From: Candidatus Sulfomarinibacteraceae bacterium | GTDB taxonomy: Bacteria; Acidobacteriota; Thermoanaerobaculia; Thermoanaerobaculales; Sulfomarinibacteraceae | Direction: 5' to 3' | NCBI GenBank assembly: GCA_963796455.1 | Contig: CAWCLO010000010.1 | Coordinates: 640,001-704,000, forward strand | Length of the DNA stretch: 64,000 bases | Shown: positions 40,149 through 52,378 of the stretch, piece by piece | Position numbering within the stretch: the first letter of the stretch is position 1 | Layout: each line of letters opens with the position of its first letter | Program-made: the position numbers and the translations under genes | The notes under the pieces: model-generated | Seen by the model: only the letters and a program-made list of their open reading frames with translations | What the model was told of the DNA's origin: nothing | Database searches by the model: none

Positions 40149-41799
40149 CCACACGGCCTCCTTTGTGGTGGAACAGCGCGGGCTGGCTTCGGGTCTGCCG
40201 GGTATCTGGACCACCGCCCTGGCGACCCTCGCGGTGCTGGTCATGCTGGCCGCGCTCTTGTGGATCGTCTCGGTCAACGCCTTTGGGTGGTTCTGGCCGT
40301 CGCGGATCACCGAGATCACCCTCGAGGACGGGACCCTTCGAATCGGCGAGATCGTCGGTCGGGAAATCATCCCGGCCAGCTCGGAGGGCGCTGAAGATCG
40401 ATTCAGGCTGCAGCTGAAGACCGGAAACCGCGAGCTCACGCGGGCCGACTTCATGTGGGTCGACGAAGCGGAGATCATCGGGCGGTCGACTCCCGGGGAT
40501 CTGGTGAGGGTGGTGCGCACGGAGTATGGAGACGCGTTCGGAAGGATCACCGAAGCGATCCGGGACGACGAGACCAGCGTCGATGTCAACTCCACCGGGG
40601 CCCTCGACGGTTTTCTCGAAACCGGCGAATCCTGGCGACGCGAGCGCCGCAGGCTGGAGGCCGAGCGCGATCGCATCCGGACCCCGTTGACCCGTGCGGA
40701 GGAGAAACTGGACCTGCTCGAGAGATCGGCGTTCGGCGGAACGGCGGGCGCCGCTGAGGAGATTGCCGCTCTCGAACAGGTGGTCGCGGTGGAATCCCAG
40801 CGGCTCGCCCCGAGACTCGAAGCCCTCCGGCACGATCTCGATGATTACGCCAGGCGCCTCGCGTCAAGCCGCATCGTGCTCGCGGCGGGGTCCGACCGGG
40901 TCGAGGTGCCGTTGGGCAGCGTCATCGAGGTCGTGTGGTCCAACCAGAAGACTCTTGCGGGCCGAGGCCTGCACGCTGTTCGCGAGGGTTTTCTGTTCCT
41001 CTTTACCGAACCCCGCGAGGCCAACACCGAGGGCGGAATCTTCCCGGCGCTCTTCGGTACGGTTCTGCTGGTCCTTCTGATGAGCGTTGCGGTTGTGCCC
41101 TTTGGGGTTGTGACGGCGGTCTACATGACCGAGTACGCGCGGCCGGGGATCCCGTTGCGGCTGGCCAATCAGGCGGTCAACAACCTTGCCGGCGTGCCCT
41201 CGATCGTATTTGGAATGTTCGGGCTGGCTTTCTTTGTCTACGAGGTCGGCGGAACGATCGACGGCCTCTTCTTTGCCGACCGTTTACCGACGCCGACCTT
41301 TGGCACCGGCGGTGTCTTGTGGGCCTCGTTGACGCTCGCCCTGTTGACGGTCCCGGTGGTGGTGGTGGCGACCCGCGAGGGTCTCCTGGCGGTGCCTCAG
41401 AGTTGGAGGGATGGGTCTCTGGCACTTGGCGCCACCCGCTGGCAGACCCTCAAGAAGATCATTCTTCCCGCCGCCATGCCGGGCATTTTGACCGGTCTGA
41501 TCCTGGCTGTCAGCCGAGCCGCGGGCGAAGTGGCCCCGCTCATGCTCACCGGTGCGGTCAAGCTCGCGCCGAGCCTCCCGGTGGATGGCACCGCGCCGTT
41601 TCTCCACCTCCAACGCAAGTTCATGCACCTCGGCTTCCATATCTATGACGTTTCGATGCAGTCTCCAAACGTGGAGGCCGCAAAACCCATGGCCTTTGCC
41701 ACCACCCTGGTTTTGCTCGGGTTGGTGGTATTGCTGAACCTGACGGCGATCATTGTCAGACGGCGATTGCGCAGGGCTTATAGAGGACAGGTTGTGTGA
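40135..41799 (+). CDS. pstA: Phosphate ABC transporter permease PstA (long form)
   Basis: [42 protein letters not shown]. Confidence 0.92.
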   Translation: MHDSDHTASFVVEQRGLASGLPGIWTTALATLAVLVMLAALLWIVSVNAFGWFWPSRITEITLEDGTLRIGEIVGREIIPASSEGAEDRFRLQLKTGNRELTRADFMWVDEAEIIGRSTPGDLVRVVRTEYGDAFGRITEAIRDDETSVDVNSTGALDGFLETGESWRRERRRLEAERDRIRTPLTRAEEKLDLLERSAFGGTAGAAEEIAALEQVVAVESQRLAPRLEALRHDLDDYARRLASSRIVLAAGSDRVEVPLGSVIEVVWSNQKTLAGRGLHAVREGFLFLFTEPREANTEGGIFPALFGTVLLVLLMSVAVVPFGVVTAVYMTEYARPGIPLRLANQAVNNLAGVPSIVFGMFGLAFFVYEVGGTIDGLFFADRLPTPTFGTGGVLWASLTLALLTVPVVVVATREGLLAVPQSWRDGSLALGATRWQTLKKIILPAAMPGILTGLILAVSRAAGEVAPLMLTGAVKLAPSLPVDGTAPFLHLQRKFMHLGFHIYDVSMQSPNVEAAKPMAFATTLVLLGLVVLLNLTAIIVRRRLRRAYRGQVV

Positions 41800-42659
41800 T
41801 GAATACTCCTTCGACCATCAAAAATAGAGATGCCGACGGATCGAGGCCGAGAGCGAGCGTGCATGTCGCGCCGGCCACCGGGAACGGGACCGATTCGGTC
41901 GACCGTGGAATAGCACTCGAAACCAAAGGCCTTCGCCTTTTTTACGGCGAGGTCCAGGCCTTGAAGGGCATCGATCTCGAGATGTCGGCACGAAAGATCA
42001 CCGCCCTGATCGGTCCCTCCGGTTGTGGCAAGTCCACCTACCTGCGGTGTTTCAACCGGATGAACGACATGATCGAGGGGGTGCGGGTCGAGGGCCAGAT
42101 CCTGGTGGAAGGCGTCGACATCTTCCGGCCTGACATCGATCTCGAGAGGCTCCGAAAAAGGGTGGGGATGGTCTTTCAGAAGTCGAACCCTTTTCCAATG
42201 ACCATTCGCGAGAACATCAGTTTCGGTCCGCGTATGACCGGAGTCCGCGGTCGCGCGAGACTCGACGAATTGGTCGAACGATCGCTCAAACAGGCCGACC
42301 TTTGGGACGAGGTGTGTGATCGCCTCGACCAATCCGCGCTCGACCTCTCGGGCGGTCAGCAGCAGCGTCTGTGCATAGCCCGCGCCCTGGCCAACGAGCC
42401 CGATATCCTGCTCCTCGACGAGCCGGCGTCCGCCCTCGACCCGATCTCGACGGCAAAGATCGAGGAGACCCTGCTCCAACTCAAGGAGCTTTACTCCATT
42501 GTCATCGTCACCCACAACCTTCAGCAGGCGGCGCGGATCGCGGATCGCACTGCATTTTTCATGCTTGGCGAGCTGGTGGAGTACAACGACACCACCACCA
42601 TGTTCACCAACCCGAATGAGAGAATTACCGAGGAATACATCACCGGTCGATTTGGCTAG
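41796..42659 (+). CDS. pstB: Phosphate ABC transporter ATP-binding protein
   Basis: [39 protein letters not shown]. Confidence 0.95.
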   Translation: MMNTPSTIKNRDADGSRPRASVHVAPATGNGTDSVDRGIALETKGLRLFYGEVQALKGIDLEMSARKITALIGPSGCGKSTYLRCFNRMNDMIEGVRVEGQILVEGVDIFRPDIDLERLRKRVGMVFQKSNPFPMTIRENISFGPRMTGVRGRARLDELVERSLKQADLWDEVCDRLDQSALDLSGGQQQRLCIARALANEPDILLLDEPASALDPISTAKIEETLLQLKELYSIVIVTHNLQQAARIADRTAFFMLGELVEYNDTTTMFTNPNERITEEYITGRFG

Positions 42660-42700
42660 AACGATCGACGCGAGTAGAGTCTGGAGATCGGGAGAAACCC

Positions 42701-43371
42701 ATGCAACGGCAGTTCGAAGAAGAGTTGGATGAACTGAAACGCACCATTCTTTCGATGGCGGGGCAGGTGGAGAAATGTCTCGATGACATGGCCACCGCCC
42801 TGGCAGGACAGGACAATGAGCTCGCCGAGTCGGTCATCGAGATGGATGAGGAGATCGACCAGTACGAGGTCGAGATCGACCGTTTGGCAACCGAGTTCAT
42901 TGCCCGTTACCAACCGACGGCAACCGATCTCCGCTTTGTGATCGTTGCCATCAAGCTGGGGCCGGAACTCGAGCGGATCGCCGACAACGCGGTCAATATT
43001 GCCGAGCGCGTTCTTCATCTGAGCAAATACCCCCAGATCGAGCCTCTGGTGGATCTCCCACGCATGCTCGGTCTCGCACACGCCATGGTCACCGACGCAA
43101 TCGGCGCCTATGTGGCCCGGGATGCGAAGGCGGCGCGGCAGGTGATCCTCCGTGACGATGAGGTCGACGCGCTCTATCTTCAGATCTTCAGGGTGCTCCT
43201 CACTTTCATGATCGAGGACCCGAAGACGATCTCCCGGGCGATCGATTTGATCCTCGTCGCGCGTTATGTTGAACGCATCGCCGACCAGGCAACCAATATT
43301 GCCGAAGAGGTGGTGTATCTGGTCGAGGCGACCCCGATCCGTCACGTCTATCCGATTTCCGAGGAACCTTG

Positions 43372-43372
<1 letters not shown>
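42701..43372 (+). CDS. phoU: Phosphate signalling complex protein PhoU
   Basis: QPTATDLR, LERIADNAVNIA, DDEVD, ERIADQATNIAEEVVYLV. Confidence 0.95.
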
Positions 43373-44054
<682 letters not shown>

Positions 44055-44058
<4 letters not shown>

Positions 44059-45329
44059 AACGAAGGCGCCACGTCCTGACCGCCATCCTCGGGGGCCTCC
44101 CATTGCTCGTGCTCGGCCTTGTTTGGGCTTCGGGACGCAGCGCTGGGGCGCTGTGGTTCACCGGACTATTCTGGGCCCTGGCGGTGGTTGTGCTCGAGTG
44201 GGTGACCTGGCGAACGGTTGCCGCCCCGGTGCGCGAGATGATGCGGGACCTCGATGTAGGTGATGCTCGCCAGGCTCGGCGGGCGGTGAAATCGCTTCGT
44301 GAAACATCGGCGGCCTGCGAGTCGGAACGAATGCGGACCTCAGAACTCCTCGAGGACCTGACCAGGAGCCTCGGCGACGGCCTGTTGGTGGTTGCCTCCG
44401 ATCTTTCGATCCGGCTCATCAATCCGGCGGCAATTCGGTTTTGCGGTGTGGATCAGGTGGCACCCGGGACCCATTTCCTCGAGATCATGCGACACCCTGA
44501 TGTTGTGGAAGCGGTCGAAAAAGCAGCCGGCGGAAGCCCACACGACCCTGTGATCCTGGAAAATTCACGCGGCCTTTGGGAGGTGCACGCTTTCCCGGTT
44601 CGCGGTGGTGGCTCGGTGGTTCTTTTCAGCGACATCGGATTGGTGCGCCGGGCGGCAGAGTTCAGACGGCGCTTCGTCCAGGATCTTTCACACGAGCTTC
44701 GCTCGCCTCTGACGGTGCTGCGAACCACAGTGGAGACCCTCGAGGAGCAGGTCGAACCGCAGATCGCTGCGATGTTGGTCCGTCAGGTGGAGCGCATCGA
44801 CCGGCTGACCGCCGAGCTCTACGAACTCGCCTCGATCGAAGCCGGCGCGGTGGAACTCCAGCTGGAGTCGGTGCCGGTTTCGGTTGTGGTTCGGGAGATC
44901 CTGGCAGACTTTCAGCCCGAGGCGGAACGGGCGGAAGTCGTGCTCGAGTTCGAGGCTTGCGATGATTTGAAATGCTGGTGTGACCGTCGCGGCCTGTACC
45001 GGGTCCTGAGCAATCTCGTCGACAACGCCATCAAATACAACCGCCCCGAAGGGTGGGTCCGGGTGCGAGCGCGCCCGGCGGAGGAACTGGTCGAACTCGA
45101 GGTGTCCGACAGCGGCGAGGGAATTCCCCCAAGCGAGCTGCAGGCGGTTCTGCAGCGCTTTTACCGCGTCGATCGAGCCCGGACGCCGGGTGACGGGGGG
45201 CTCGGTCTCGGTCTGGCCATCGTCAAGCACATGGTCCACCACATGGGCGGGAAGTTGGCCCTCGATTCCCGTCAGCAGGTGGGAACCACTGTGACCCTCA
45301 GCTTCCCGATCGTCTCGACGACCTCCTGA
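44055..45329 (+). CDS. phoR: PhoR-like sensor histidine kinase
   Basis: Two TM helices, PAS-like region, SHELRSPLT, NLVDNAIKY, RFYRVD, GLGLAIVKH. Confidence 0.8.
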
Positions 45330-45339
45330 CGGTTGCGGG

Positions 45340-46032
45340 CTATTCGTCGTCGACCAGGTTCTCCAGGTCGTCTTCCCGAAAGCCGATCCGGTCGAAGGGG
45401 TTGACGACGCTCGACGCGATATTCATGAGGTGAGCCGAGATCCTCTTCAGGAAGCGCACGTAAAGCGCCGCGCTGACAGCCTCCCGGCACACCAGATCGG
45501 GGTCCTCGCGCACGATCAAACTGTTCAGGATCTCGTCGGCACGGCGGGCGATCCACCAGTGCTCGGACATCACTTCTTTTGCCTTGGCCTCGTCGCCTTT
45601 CGGCAGCGCCTCGATCAGAAGAGTGAACATGGTCTTGACGGTTGTTTCGATTTTCCGGATGTCTTCCTCGAGGGAGCCGCAGTGGAGCTTGCCGGGATGT
45701 CGCAGGGCGAGGTCGACGATGTTCTTGGTCAGGTCTCCGATGCGTTCGATGTCGATGACGATGCTGACGAGGGCGAGACCGGCGGCGATGCTCTGACTCG
45801 AAGTCAGCGCGAGGTGGGTCAGGACCTTGCGACGGACTTCCCTCTCATAGGCGTTGATCATCTGATCCCTGGCGTAGATATCGAGTTCGATCTTTGCGTC
45901 GTCATGCTCACGAAGTGAGCTGGAGGCGGCGAGAAACATCTCGCGATCGGCTTCGAGCATCTCCAGGGACCTGTCGTAGGCCTGTTGGAGCAGATTATCT
46001 TTGCGAAATAGTTCAAAGAACTGTTTGATCAT
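45340..46032 (-). CDS. Second PhoU-domain protein
   Basis: DQMINAYEREVRR, IDIERIGDLTKNI, RFLKRISAHLMNI. Confidence 0.8.
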   Translation of the reverse strand: MIKQFFELFRKDNLLQQAYDRSLEMLEADREMFLAASSSLREHDDAKIELDIYARDQMINAYEREVRRKVLTHLALTSSQSIAAGLALVSIVIDIERIGDLTKNIVDLALRHPGKLHCGSLEEDIRKIETTVKTMFTLLIEALPKGDEAKAKEVMSEHWWIARRADEILNSLIVREDPDLVCREAVSAALYVRFLKRISAHLMNIASSVVNPFDRIGFREDDLENLVDDE

Positions 46033-46035
46033 CTT

Positions 46036-47169
46036 TCACCTCAGTACGAGAATCGCCGCAAATGGCACGGCATAGAAACAAACCAGAACATAGGCGATCG
46101 CGATCCATCGATGGTTGGCCGCAATCTCCGCAAACCCTCTGGCCAACCGAATAGGAATATTGCGAATGAATCGAATCGGCCAGATCAAAACGATGCCGCA
46201 GATATTGAACAAGAAGTGTGCGAATGCCACGGTCACAGCGCTGATCTCTCCCACCGCCAGTGCTGCGAGCATGGCGGTGATTGTGGTGCCGATATTCGCC
46301 CCCAGAGTGTAGGGAAAGATCTGTTGCAGCGTCAGGATGCCGGCGCCTGCGAGGGGCACGGCCAGCGAGGTCGTGATGCTCGAAGATTGCACGAGGACGG
46401 TGATCAGCAGACCGAAAACCATGGCCCGGCCCGTGTTGGCAAACAGGGTGCTGTCGAAAAAGGCTTCGACTCGACCGATGACAAGCGCTTTGAGCATCAC
46501 CACCAGATAGCGGAGGGTGGCAAACATGATGGCGAGGGCCAGAATGAGCATCAGCCAGGGATGGCCCTCGAGCATCGTGGCCGCGGCTTTGACAGTCGGT
46601 CCGGTGATCATCTTGAGGGGGCTTGCAAAGGTGAGACCGCCGACCTCTGCGAAGATATCTGCGAGTCTCGCAGCCATAATGCCGAGAAAATTGGTCGCCA
46701 CTTGCAGTGGAAACAGGATAACCACCGCCAGTATGTTGAAAAAGTCATGGATGGTCGAGGCGGCAAAAGCGCGCTGGAACTCGCGACCGTGACCGATGTG
46801 TCCGATGCTGACCAGGGTGTTGGTCACCGAGGTCCCGATGTTGGCTCCCATGACGATCGGTATGGCGGTCTCGATGGGCATCGTGCCGCCGCCGACCATG
46901 GCCACCACCAGCGATGTGGTGGTTGACGATGATTGCACCAGGGTGGTCGCGAGGACGCCGACGAACAATCCCACCAGAGGATCGGACGCGCTTTCAATGA
47001 GGTTGCCGACGACCCCGCCCGAGAACATTTTGAATGCTTTGCCGAGCATCCCGATGCTGACCAGGAAACCGTACAAAAGCAGGAGGAGTGAGACCAGGCG
47101 TGTGCCGACGCGGCTCCATTCCTTCGCCGCGCCGGTCTGCGTCTGGTGGCTGCTACTGCCATCTCTCAT
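46036..47169 (-). CDS. Na+/Pi symporter (NptA/SLC34 family)
   Basis: Two QSSS motifs (LVQSSSTTTS, LVQSSSITTS) and two GANIGT motifs. Confidence 0.9.
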   Translation of the reverse strand: MRDGSSSHQTQTGAAKEWSRVGTRLVSLLLLLYGFLVSIGMLGKAFKMFSGGVVGNLIESASDPLVGLFVGVLATTLVQSSSTTTSLVVAMVGGGTMPIETAIPIVMGANIGTSVTNTLVSIGHIGHGREFQRAFAASTIHDFFNILAVVILFPLQVATNFLGIMAARLADIFAEVGGLTFASPLKMITGPTVKAAATMLEGHPWLMLILALAIMFATLRYLVVMLKALVIGRVEAFFDSTLFANTGRAMVFGLLITVLVQSSSITTSLAVPLAGAGILTLQQIFPYTLGANIGTTITAMLAALAVGEISAVTVAFAHFLFNICGIVLIWPIRFIRNIPIRLARGFAEIAANHRWIAIAYVLVCFYAVPFAAILVLR

Positions 47170-47279
47170 CGGGTGAATCGCCTCCCTGGCGCGAGGGTTT
47201 CAAGCCGCAAGGCGGCTCGATGCTGCGGCGTCATCCTAGCAGCAACAACTGCCGATTATTTGGACCCGATCCGGAATGT

Positions 47280-49565
47280 TCAGGCAGTTGCGCCGACTTC
47301 CTCGTCCGAATCCCCGTCCTTTGTGCCGTTGGGTTGAAAGGGCTCTTCGAAGACGGTCAGGAGATTGGCTGTCTGCTCCGCGATCTTGAGGCAGTCCCAG
47401 GCCAGGCTGTAAGACAGGATGCTGAGTCTGGTCTTGGACGTGTTGTCCTGGATGCGGCGCACCTGATTGTCATCGAATGACTGCAGGAGACTGCGGAGTT
47501 CGGCGGCGGCCCCGGAGATCGCCTCGAGATCCGGCTTTGTCCGGTGCGACATGGCGTCAGATGTTCGGTCGAGGACGGCGTAGGTCACCTGAGCCATTCG
47601 GTCGAGTTCTTCGATCTGGGCTTCCAGCAAACCCGAGTGCTGGTTGGCGACGTGGACATAGGCGCGCATGACCACGTCGCGGACGCTTTCTGAGATCTCC
47701 TGGAGCGAAGAGATGGTCTGGGCAAAACGAGTGGTGTCGACCGGGATGTTCTCTCGCCCAAGCAGTCGAAGAACCTTGAAGATGTTGGCCGCGATGATAT
47801 TGGACCACCGCTGCAGTTCCCGCTGGTGTTCGCGTGCGGTTTTCAGCTGAGTGCGATCGAGCGCGAAGAGGCCGTCGAAGGTGATCTTCAGCGTGTTTCG
47901 AACTTCACGTAGAAAGATGGCGGCGTGGTCAAAAGTCGTGCTGGCGGCGGCCGGCGCATCGGTGATTTTGCTGAGGTTGAAGACATCGAGCGCCTTCTCT
48001 TCTTTTTCGCGGACATGGTGGAGGCGTCGGGTCCGGATGAGCAGCAGGATCGCGATGCAGCCGATGCCGAAAATCGCGAGGATCTTGCCGAAATACAGGG
48101 CGACCGCAAAAACGGCGGCCACGGTGAAGGCCATCATTGCGGTGAAGAACCACCCCCCGATCACCGTCAAAACCCCGCTGACCCGATACACGGCGCTTTC
48201 ACGGCCCCAGGCCTGGTCTGAGAAGGAAGTCCCCATCGCCACCATGAAGGTCACGTAAGTGGTCGAAAGCGGCAGCTTGAACGATGTTGCGAGGGAGATC
48301 AACGCGGCCGCCACCATCAGATTGACCCCGGCCCGGACGAGGTCGAAGGATGGCACGGTGCCATCAATTGCGAGCGCCGGGCGGAATTGGGAGCGGTCGA
48401 GACGACGGTTCACCCAACGTCTGAACGACCCTGGGGCCAGGCGGGCGGCGATCGCCATATACGACGAGACCGACCGGACGATGGCTCGGGAGAGCGCCGT
48501 CGATTCGAAACGTTCATAACCCTCTTCCTGACGGCCGAGACGAAGCTCGGTCTTGGTCACGGTCCGTGCTTTGCGCGAGACCCACAGGGTGATCACCATG
48601 ATGATTCCCGCAAGGAGGAGAAACAGCGTATTTGATCGAACCGGTTCGGTCAGGGCCTCCATCGTCGCGGTCATCGGATCGGCAGCGGTGCCCGCCTCCG
48701 TGTAGGCGGCGAGTCCGGCCAGCGGAACGCCGATGAAGTTGACCAGATCGTTGGCGGCAAAGGCCATTGCGAGGGCAAAGGTCCCGACGAGAACGACGAC
48801 CTTGAGGGGTTTGACCTTGGCTGCAACCATCAGAAGTTGCAGGAAGAGTGCCGAGACCACAAACGAACCGAGCAGCATGGTGGCGGTGTGGCTCTTGATC
48901 CACTGCAGGGTCTCGGGGGTGATGAACGAGGCTCCCTTGGCTCCTTTGATGAGGATGAAATAGGTGATGCTCGCCAGGGCCGCTCCACCCCATAGGGCGC
49001 CGTATCGTTTCATTCGAGACTCATAGTCAAAGGTGAACAGGAGCCTGGTGGCGATTTGGACGATGGCACCGACCACAAAAGCGACCACCACCGATAACAG
49101 GATTCCGGAGATGATGGCCAGTGCCTTGCTGGAGTTGATGTAATTCATGACCTCGCCGATGCCCTGGCCGGCGGTGAAGATCTTGAGCAGAGAGACTGCA
49201 ACAGCGGCGCCGAGCAGTTCGAAGACGATCGAGACCGTGGTCGAGGTCGGCAGCCCGAATGTGTTGTAGAGATCGAGGAGGATGATATCGGTGAGCATGA
49301 CGGCGAGAAAGATCGTCATCAATTCGGGCATGGTAAAGAACTGCGGATTGAAGATCCCCTTGCGGGCGACTTCCATCATGCCGCTCGAAAACAGCACTCC
49401 CGCCAACATGCCGAGGCTGGCGATGACCATGATGACGGTTCGCGGGGCCACCTTCGAACCGATGGACGAATTGAGGAAGTTGACGGCGTCGTTGCTGACG
49501 CCGACGACGAGATCGGAGACAGCGAGCGCGAAGAGAACGATCAGTGCAAGCTCGAACATTTTCAC
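47280..49565 (-). CDS. Inorganic phosphate transporter (PiT/PHO4-like) with a C-terminal PhoU-like helical domain
   Basis: GVSNDAVNF, GLPTSTT, AFAANDLVNFIG, LPLSTTY; helical soluble C-terminus. Confidence 0.8.
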   Translation of the reverse strand: MKMFELALIVLFALAVSDLVVGVSNDAVNFLNSSIGSKVAPRTVIMVIASLGMLAGVLFSSGMMEVARKGIFNPQFFTMPELMTIFLAVMLTDIILLDLYNTFGLPTSTTVSIVFELLGAAVAVSLLKIFTAGQGIGEVMNYINSSKALAIISGILLSVVVAFVVGAIVQIATRLLFTFDYESRMKRYGALWGGAALASITYFILIKGAKGASFITPETLQWIKSHTATMLLGSFVVSALFLQLLMVAAKVKPLKVVVLVGTFALAMAFAANDLVNFIGVPLAGLAAYTEAGTAADPMTATMEALTEPVRSNTLFLLLAGIIMVITLWVSRKARTVTKTELRLGRQEEGYERFESTALSRAIVRSVSSYMAIAARLAPGSFRRWVNRRLDRSQFRPALAIDGTVPSFDLVRAGVNLMVAAALISLATSFKLPLSTTYVTFMVAMGTSFSDQAWGRESAVYRVSGVLTVIGGWFFTAMMAFTVAAVFAVALYFGKILAIFGIGCIAILLLIRTRRLHHVREKEEKALDVFNLSKITDAPAAASTTFDHAAIFLREVRNTLKITFDGLFALDRTQLKTAREHQRELQRWSNIIAANIFKVLRLLGRENIPVDTTRFAQTISSLQEISESVRDVVMRAYVHVANQHSGLLEAQIEELDRMAQVTYAVLDRTSDAMSHRTKPDLEAISGAAAELRSLLQSFDDNQVRRIQDNTSKTRLSILSYSLAWDCLKIAEQTANLLTVFEEPFQPNGTKDGDSDEEVGATA

Positions 49566-49668
49566 CTCGTTCGGAAAGCTTCGACGATCCCGGTCGTGGG
49601 GATTCTGCGCGACGATTCTACAGCAACGGGCTCCGGTCGACGGGCTGAAACTTTGTTAGGCTGTCCCG

Positions 49669-50547
49669 GTGCGCATCATCGTCAATCCGGCGGCTGCGGG
49701 CGGCCGAGTCGGTCGTGAATGGCCGCGTCTCGAGCAACGGCTCGGGGACTACGGCCTGAATGCAACCGCTGTCATGACCGAGGCCCCGGGGCACGCAGCT
49801 GAGTTGGCTGCTGCGGCCGTTCACGACGGCGAGCGTCGCGTGGTTGTTGCTGGGGGCGACGGCACTCTGTGCGAGGCGGTCGATGGGTTGTACCGGGCAG
49901 GCAGTTGCGAGCTTGCACTGCTGCCGCTTGGAACCGGCAACGACGCCGCTCGGACCCTGGGGATCCCCCTCGATCTCGAAGAAGCGGCCCGCGCCGCGGT
50001 CGATGGGGTGGTGAGGAAGGTCGATCTGATCCGCTTCGGCAATCGGGTCATCGTCAATGCCGCCGGAATCGGGTTGATCGGAGACATCAATGACCGGGCC
50101 GAGCGGATCAAGTGGATCCGGGGCATTGCCGTTTATCTCGTCGCCGCACTTTCAGCGCTTTTTCGGTACCGGATGCAGCGAGTCCGGATGGTCACCGAAG
50201 AGGGCTCCTACGAAGGCTCGATGGTGATCCTCGCGGTCCACGGCGGGCCCACGACCGGCGGCGGCTTCGAGCTCACACCCGCGGCCCTACCAGACGACGG
50301 TCTGCTCGATGCCTGTCTGGTCGAAGAGGTTGGTCCGATCGGGCGATTAGTCAGGCTAGCGGCCGCGATGCGGGGCGGGCTCGGAGATTTGAAGGGTACT
50401 CATATGGTGCAGTCGCCGTGGCTCGAGCTCCACTTTGAACGGCCTCTGCCGGCTCACTTCGATGGCAACTCCGTGACTCTCGAGCCCCCTCTGGCACGAT
50501 TTGAGGTCCTCCCGGCGGCCCTCAGCGTGGTCGTGCCAAACCGGTAG
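49669..50547 (+). CDS. Diacylglycerol-kinase-family lipid kinase (YegS/DgkB-like)
   Basis: IVNPAAAGG, AGGDGT, LPLGTGND, DDGLLD, DG. Confidence 0.88.
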   Translation: MRIIVNPAAAGGRVGREWPRLEQRLGDYGLNATAVMTEAPGHAAELAAAAVHDGERRVVVAGGDGTLCEAVDGLYRAGSCELALLPLGTGNDAARTLGIPLDLEEAARAAVDGVVRKVDLIRFGNRVIVNAAGIGLIGDINDRAERIKWIRGIAVYLVAALSALFRYRMQRVRMVTEEGSYEGSMVILAVHGGPTTGGGFELTPAALPDDGLLDACLVEEVGPIGRLVRLAAAMRGGLGDLKGTHMVQSPWLELHFERPLPAHFDGNSVTLEPPLARFEVLPAALSVVVPNR

Positions 50548-50571
50548 GTCGAAGGAACCATCCCATCTCAC

Positions 50572-50630
50572 AACCGCAGATAGCGCAGATGGACGCAGAT
50601 AAAAGTAAATCACCCGCGTGATCCGCGGTT
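50572..50630. repeat. CGCAGAT x3 (9-10-bp period) with a degenerate inverted arm
   Basis: CGCAGAT at 50575, 50584 and 50594; ACCCGCGTGATCCGCGGTT at 50612-50630. Confidence 0.6.
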
Positions 50631-50685
50631 TCTCCGGACGATTGTCGTTTCGAAGCCCGTGAGTCGGAGTGGGCCTTGCCGTGTC

Positions 50686-50709
50686 AACCGCGGCCCCCCG
50701 GCCTTCGTC
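50686..50709 (+). promoter_or_regulatory. Possible autoregulatory ECF-sigma promoter
   Basis: AAC (50686-50688)-N17-CGTC (50706-50709) just before the ECF gene. Confidence 0.35.
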
Positions 50710-50717
50710 GTACTAAT

Positions 50718-51320
50718 ATGTTACGGGCTCAAACCATGGATCCATCCCGAAACGATTTTTCCCAGGGAGACGATGCGCTCGTCATGCGGGCCAGGAACGG
50801 TGACCGCGAGGCCTTCGGCGAGTTGGTCAACCGGCATCAGCGCCGCGTGTGGATGGTGTGCCGGCAGTATGTGGGTGTCGACGAGGCGGATGCGGCGGCT
50901 CAGGACAGCCTGGTCAAGGCCTATACAAGGATCGGCGATTTCGATCAGCGGGCGGCCTTCTCGACCTGGCTCACCCGGATCGCCATCAACACCTGTCTCG
51001 ACATGCTGCGCAAGCACCGGCGGCGGGGAGAAGTAACGGATGCGGCGGACGACGAGGAGGGTGGGAGTGTGCTCGAACTGGTGCCGGATGACCAGGTCGG
51101 ACCCGAAACCCGGACCATCCAGCGGCAGACAGTCGCCACCCTCAAAGAACTCGAAGAAGGACTGCCGTCAAGGCAACGAGAGATCTTCAGGCTGCGCTTC
51201 TTTGCCGAGATGGAGCTTGAAGAGATCGCAGAGACTCTGGGTGTCCACGTGGGCACAGTCAAGACGCAGTTGCACCGCGCAGTGCACAGGCTGCGGGAAG
51301 AATTGGGAGCGTACCGATGA
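50718..51320 (+). CDS. ECF RNA polymerase sigma factor
   Basis: GDREAFGELV, FSTWLTRIAIN, EIAETLGVHVGTVKTQLHRA; start may be 50736. Confidence 0.9.
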   Translation: MLRAQTMDPSRNDFSQGDDALVMRARNGDREAFGELVNRHQRRVWMVCRQYVGVDEADAAAQDSLVKAYTRIGDFDQRAAFSTWLTRIAINTCLDMLRKHRRRGEVTDAADDEEGGSVLELVPDDQVGPETRTIQRQTVATLKELEEGLPSRQREIFRLRFFAEMELEEIAETLGVHVGTVKTQLHRAVHRLREELGAYR

Positions 51321-51787
51321 AACACCTTGAAGACCACGAGATCGCGGCCGCCCTTGCCGGCGAACCCCTCGAGTCGAGCAGCGACGAGCATCTTGCGGGA
51401 TGTCTGGCATGCCGGCAACAGGTGACCGAACTCGAGGCGTTGATTTCCGAGCGCCGAGAATCGCTCGAGACCGAGGTGCCCGATTGGGAAGAACAACGGC
51501 GGGCGGTCCTCGACCGGCTCGGCGACCCACCGGCAGCGGCCCGAAGCCAATCGCATTGGCGGCGCGCACTTCTCGCGGCCGCGGCGGTTGTCCTGCTGGC
51601 AATCGGTGTGCGGGAGCTGACGGTTCCCCAGATCACCACAGTCCCTGGAGTCGACAACGAAATCCAGATCGAAAAAATCCTCGCCGAGGTCGAGGCGGTC
51701 CTGTCCGACGACAGTCTGCCCGGTTTCGAATCGATCGATCCGGGTTTCGATGATCCCGAGAGCATGATTGCCAATGGAACGTCGTGA
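51317..51787 (+). CDS. Zinc-binding anti-sigma factor (ZAS type)
   Basis: HLAGCLAC (HxxxCxxC) plus a TM helix; overlaps the sigma stop codon. Confidence 0.75.
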   Translation: MKHLEDHEIAAALAGEPLESSSDEHLAGCLACRQQVTELEALISERRESLETEVPDWEEQRRAVLDRLGDPPAAARSQSHWRRALLAAAAVVLLAIGVRELTVPQITTVPGVDNEIQIEKILAEVEAVLSDDSLPGFESIDPGFDDPESMIANGTS

Positions 51788-51809
51788 GCGGGCCAGAGCG
51801 GAGGTCAAG

Positions 51810-52301
51810 ATGAAGAAAGCATTGATGATATTGATAGTTCTCATGGTCGCAGGCCCCTTGATTGCTGCGGAGTTCGATCTGCCGCCCGGCAAGTGGTGGG
51901 AGAACCCGCGGGTGGCGGAGCGGATTGGTTTGACCGAGGAGCAACAGAAGCAGATCCGTGACGTCGTGTATGACCATGCGCGGCGGATGATCGATCTCAA
52001 GGCCGACGTCGATCGATCGGGGCTCGATTTGAAGCAGGCGGTCGACCGGGATGATTTTGCACCCGACGCGGTGCGTTCGGCGTACGTCGCGTTTCAGAAT
52101 GCCCGTCACAAGCTCGAGAACGAGCGTTTCGAGATGCTTCTGGCGGTACGGCAGCTCATCACCACGGAACAGTGGAAGTCGCTTCAGGAGATTCGGCGAC
52201 GTTTCCAGGAACAACGTGGAGAACAGCGCCGACCGGGCCAGCGCGGCCAGGGAGGGCAGATGCCTCCCGAGGGGCAACGTCCACCGGAGCAGCGCTACTG
52301 A
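51810..52301 (+). CDS. Periplasmic Spy/CpxP/ZraP-like protein
   Basis: Signal peptide, GKWW...IGLTEEQ and LITTEQW (LTxxQ-like motifs). Confidence 0.75.
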   Translation: MKKALMILIVLMVAGPLIAAEFDLPPGKWWENPRVAERIGLTEEQQKQIRDVVYDHARRMIDLKADVDRSGLDLKQAVDRDDFAPDAVRSAYVAFQNARHKLENERFEMLLAVRQLITTEQWKSLQEIRRRFQEQRGEQRRPGQRGQGGQMPPEGQRPPEQRY

Positions 52302-52324
52302 GGTCGCGAGCCGATGATCGAACC

Positions 52325-52349
52325 ACGGGCCCTTCGGGGCCCGTTTTTT
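52325..52349 (+). terminator. Intrinsic terminator
   Basis: ACGGGCCC-TTCG-GGGCCCGT followed by TTTTT. Confidence 0.85.
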
Positions 52350-52378
52350 CAACCAGGGCTCGATGTTCGACGGTGGAT

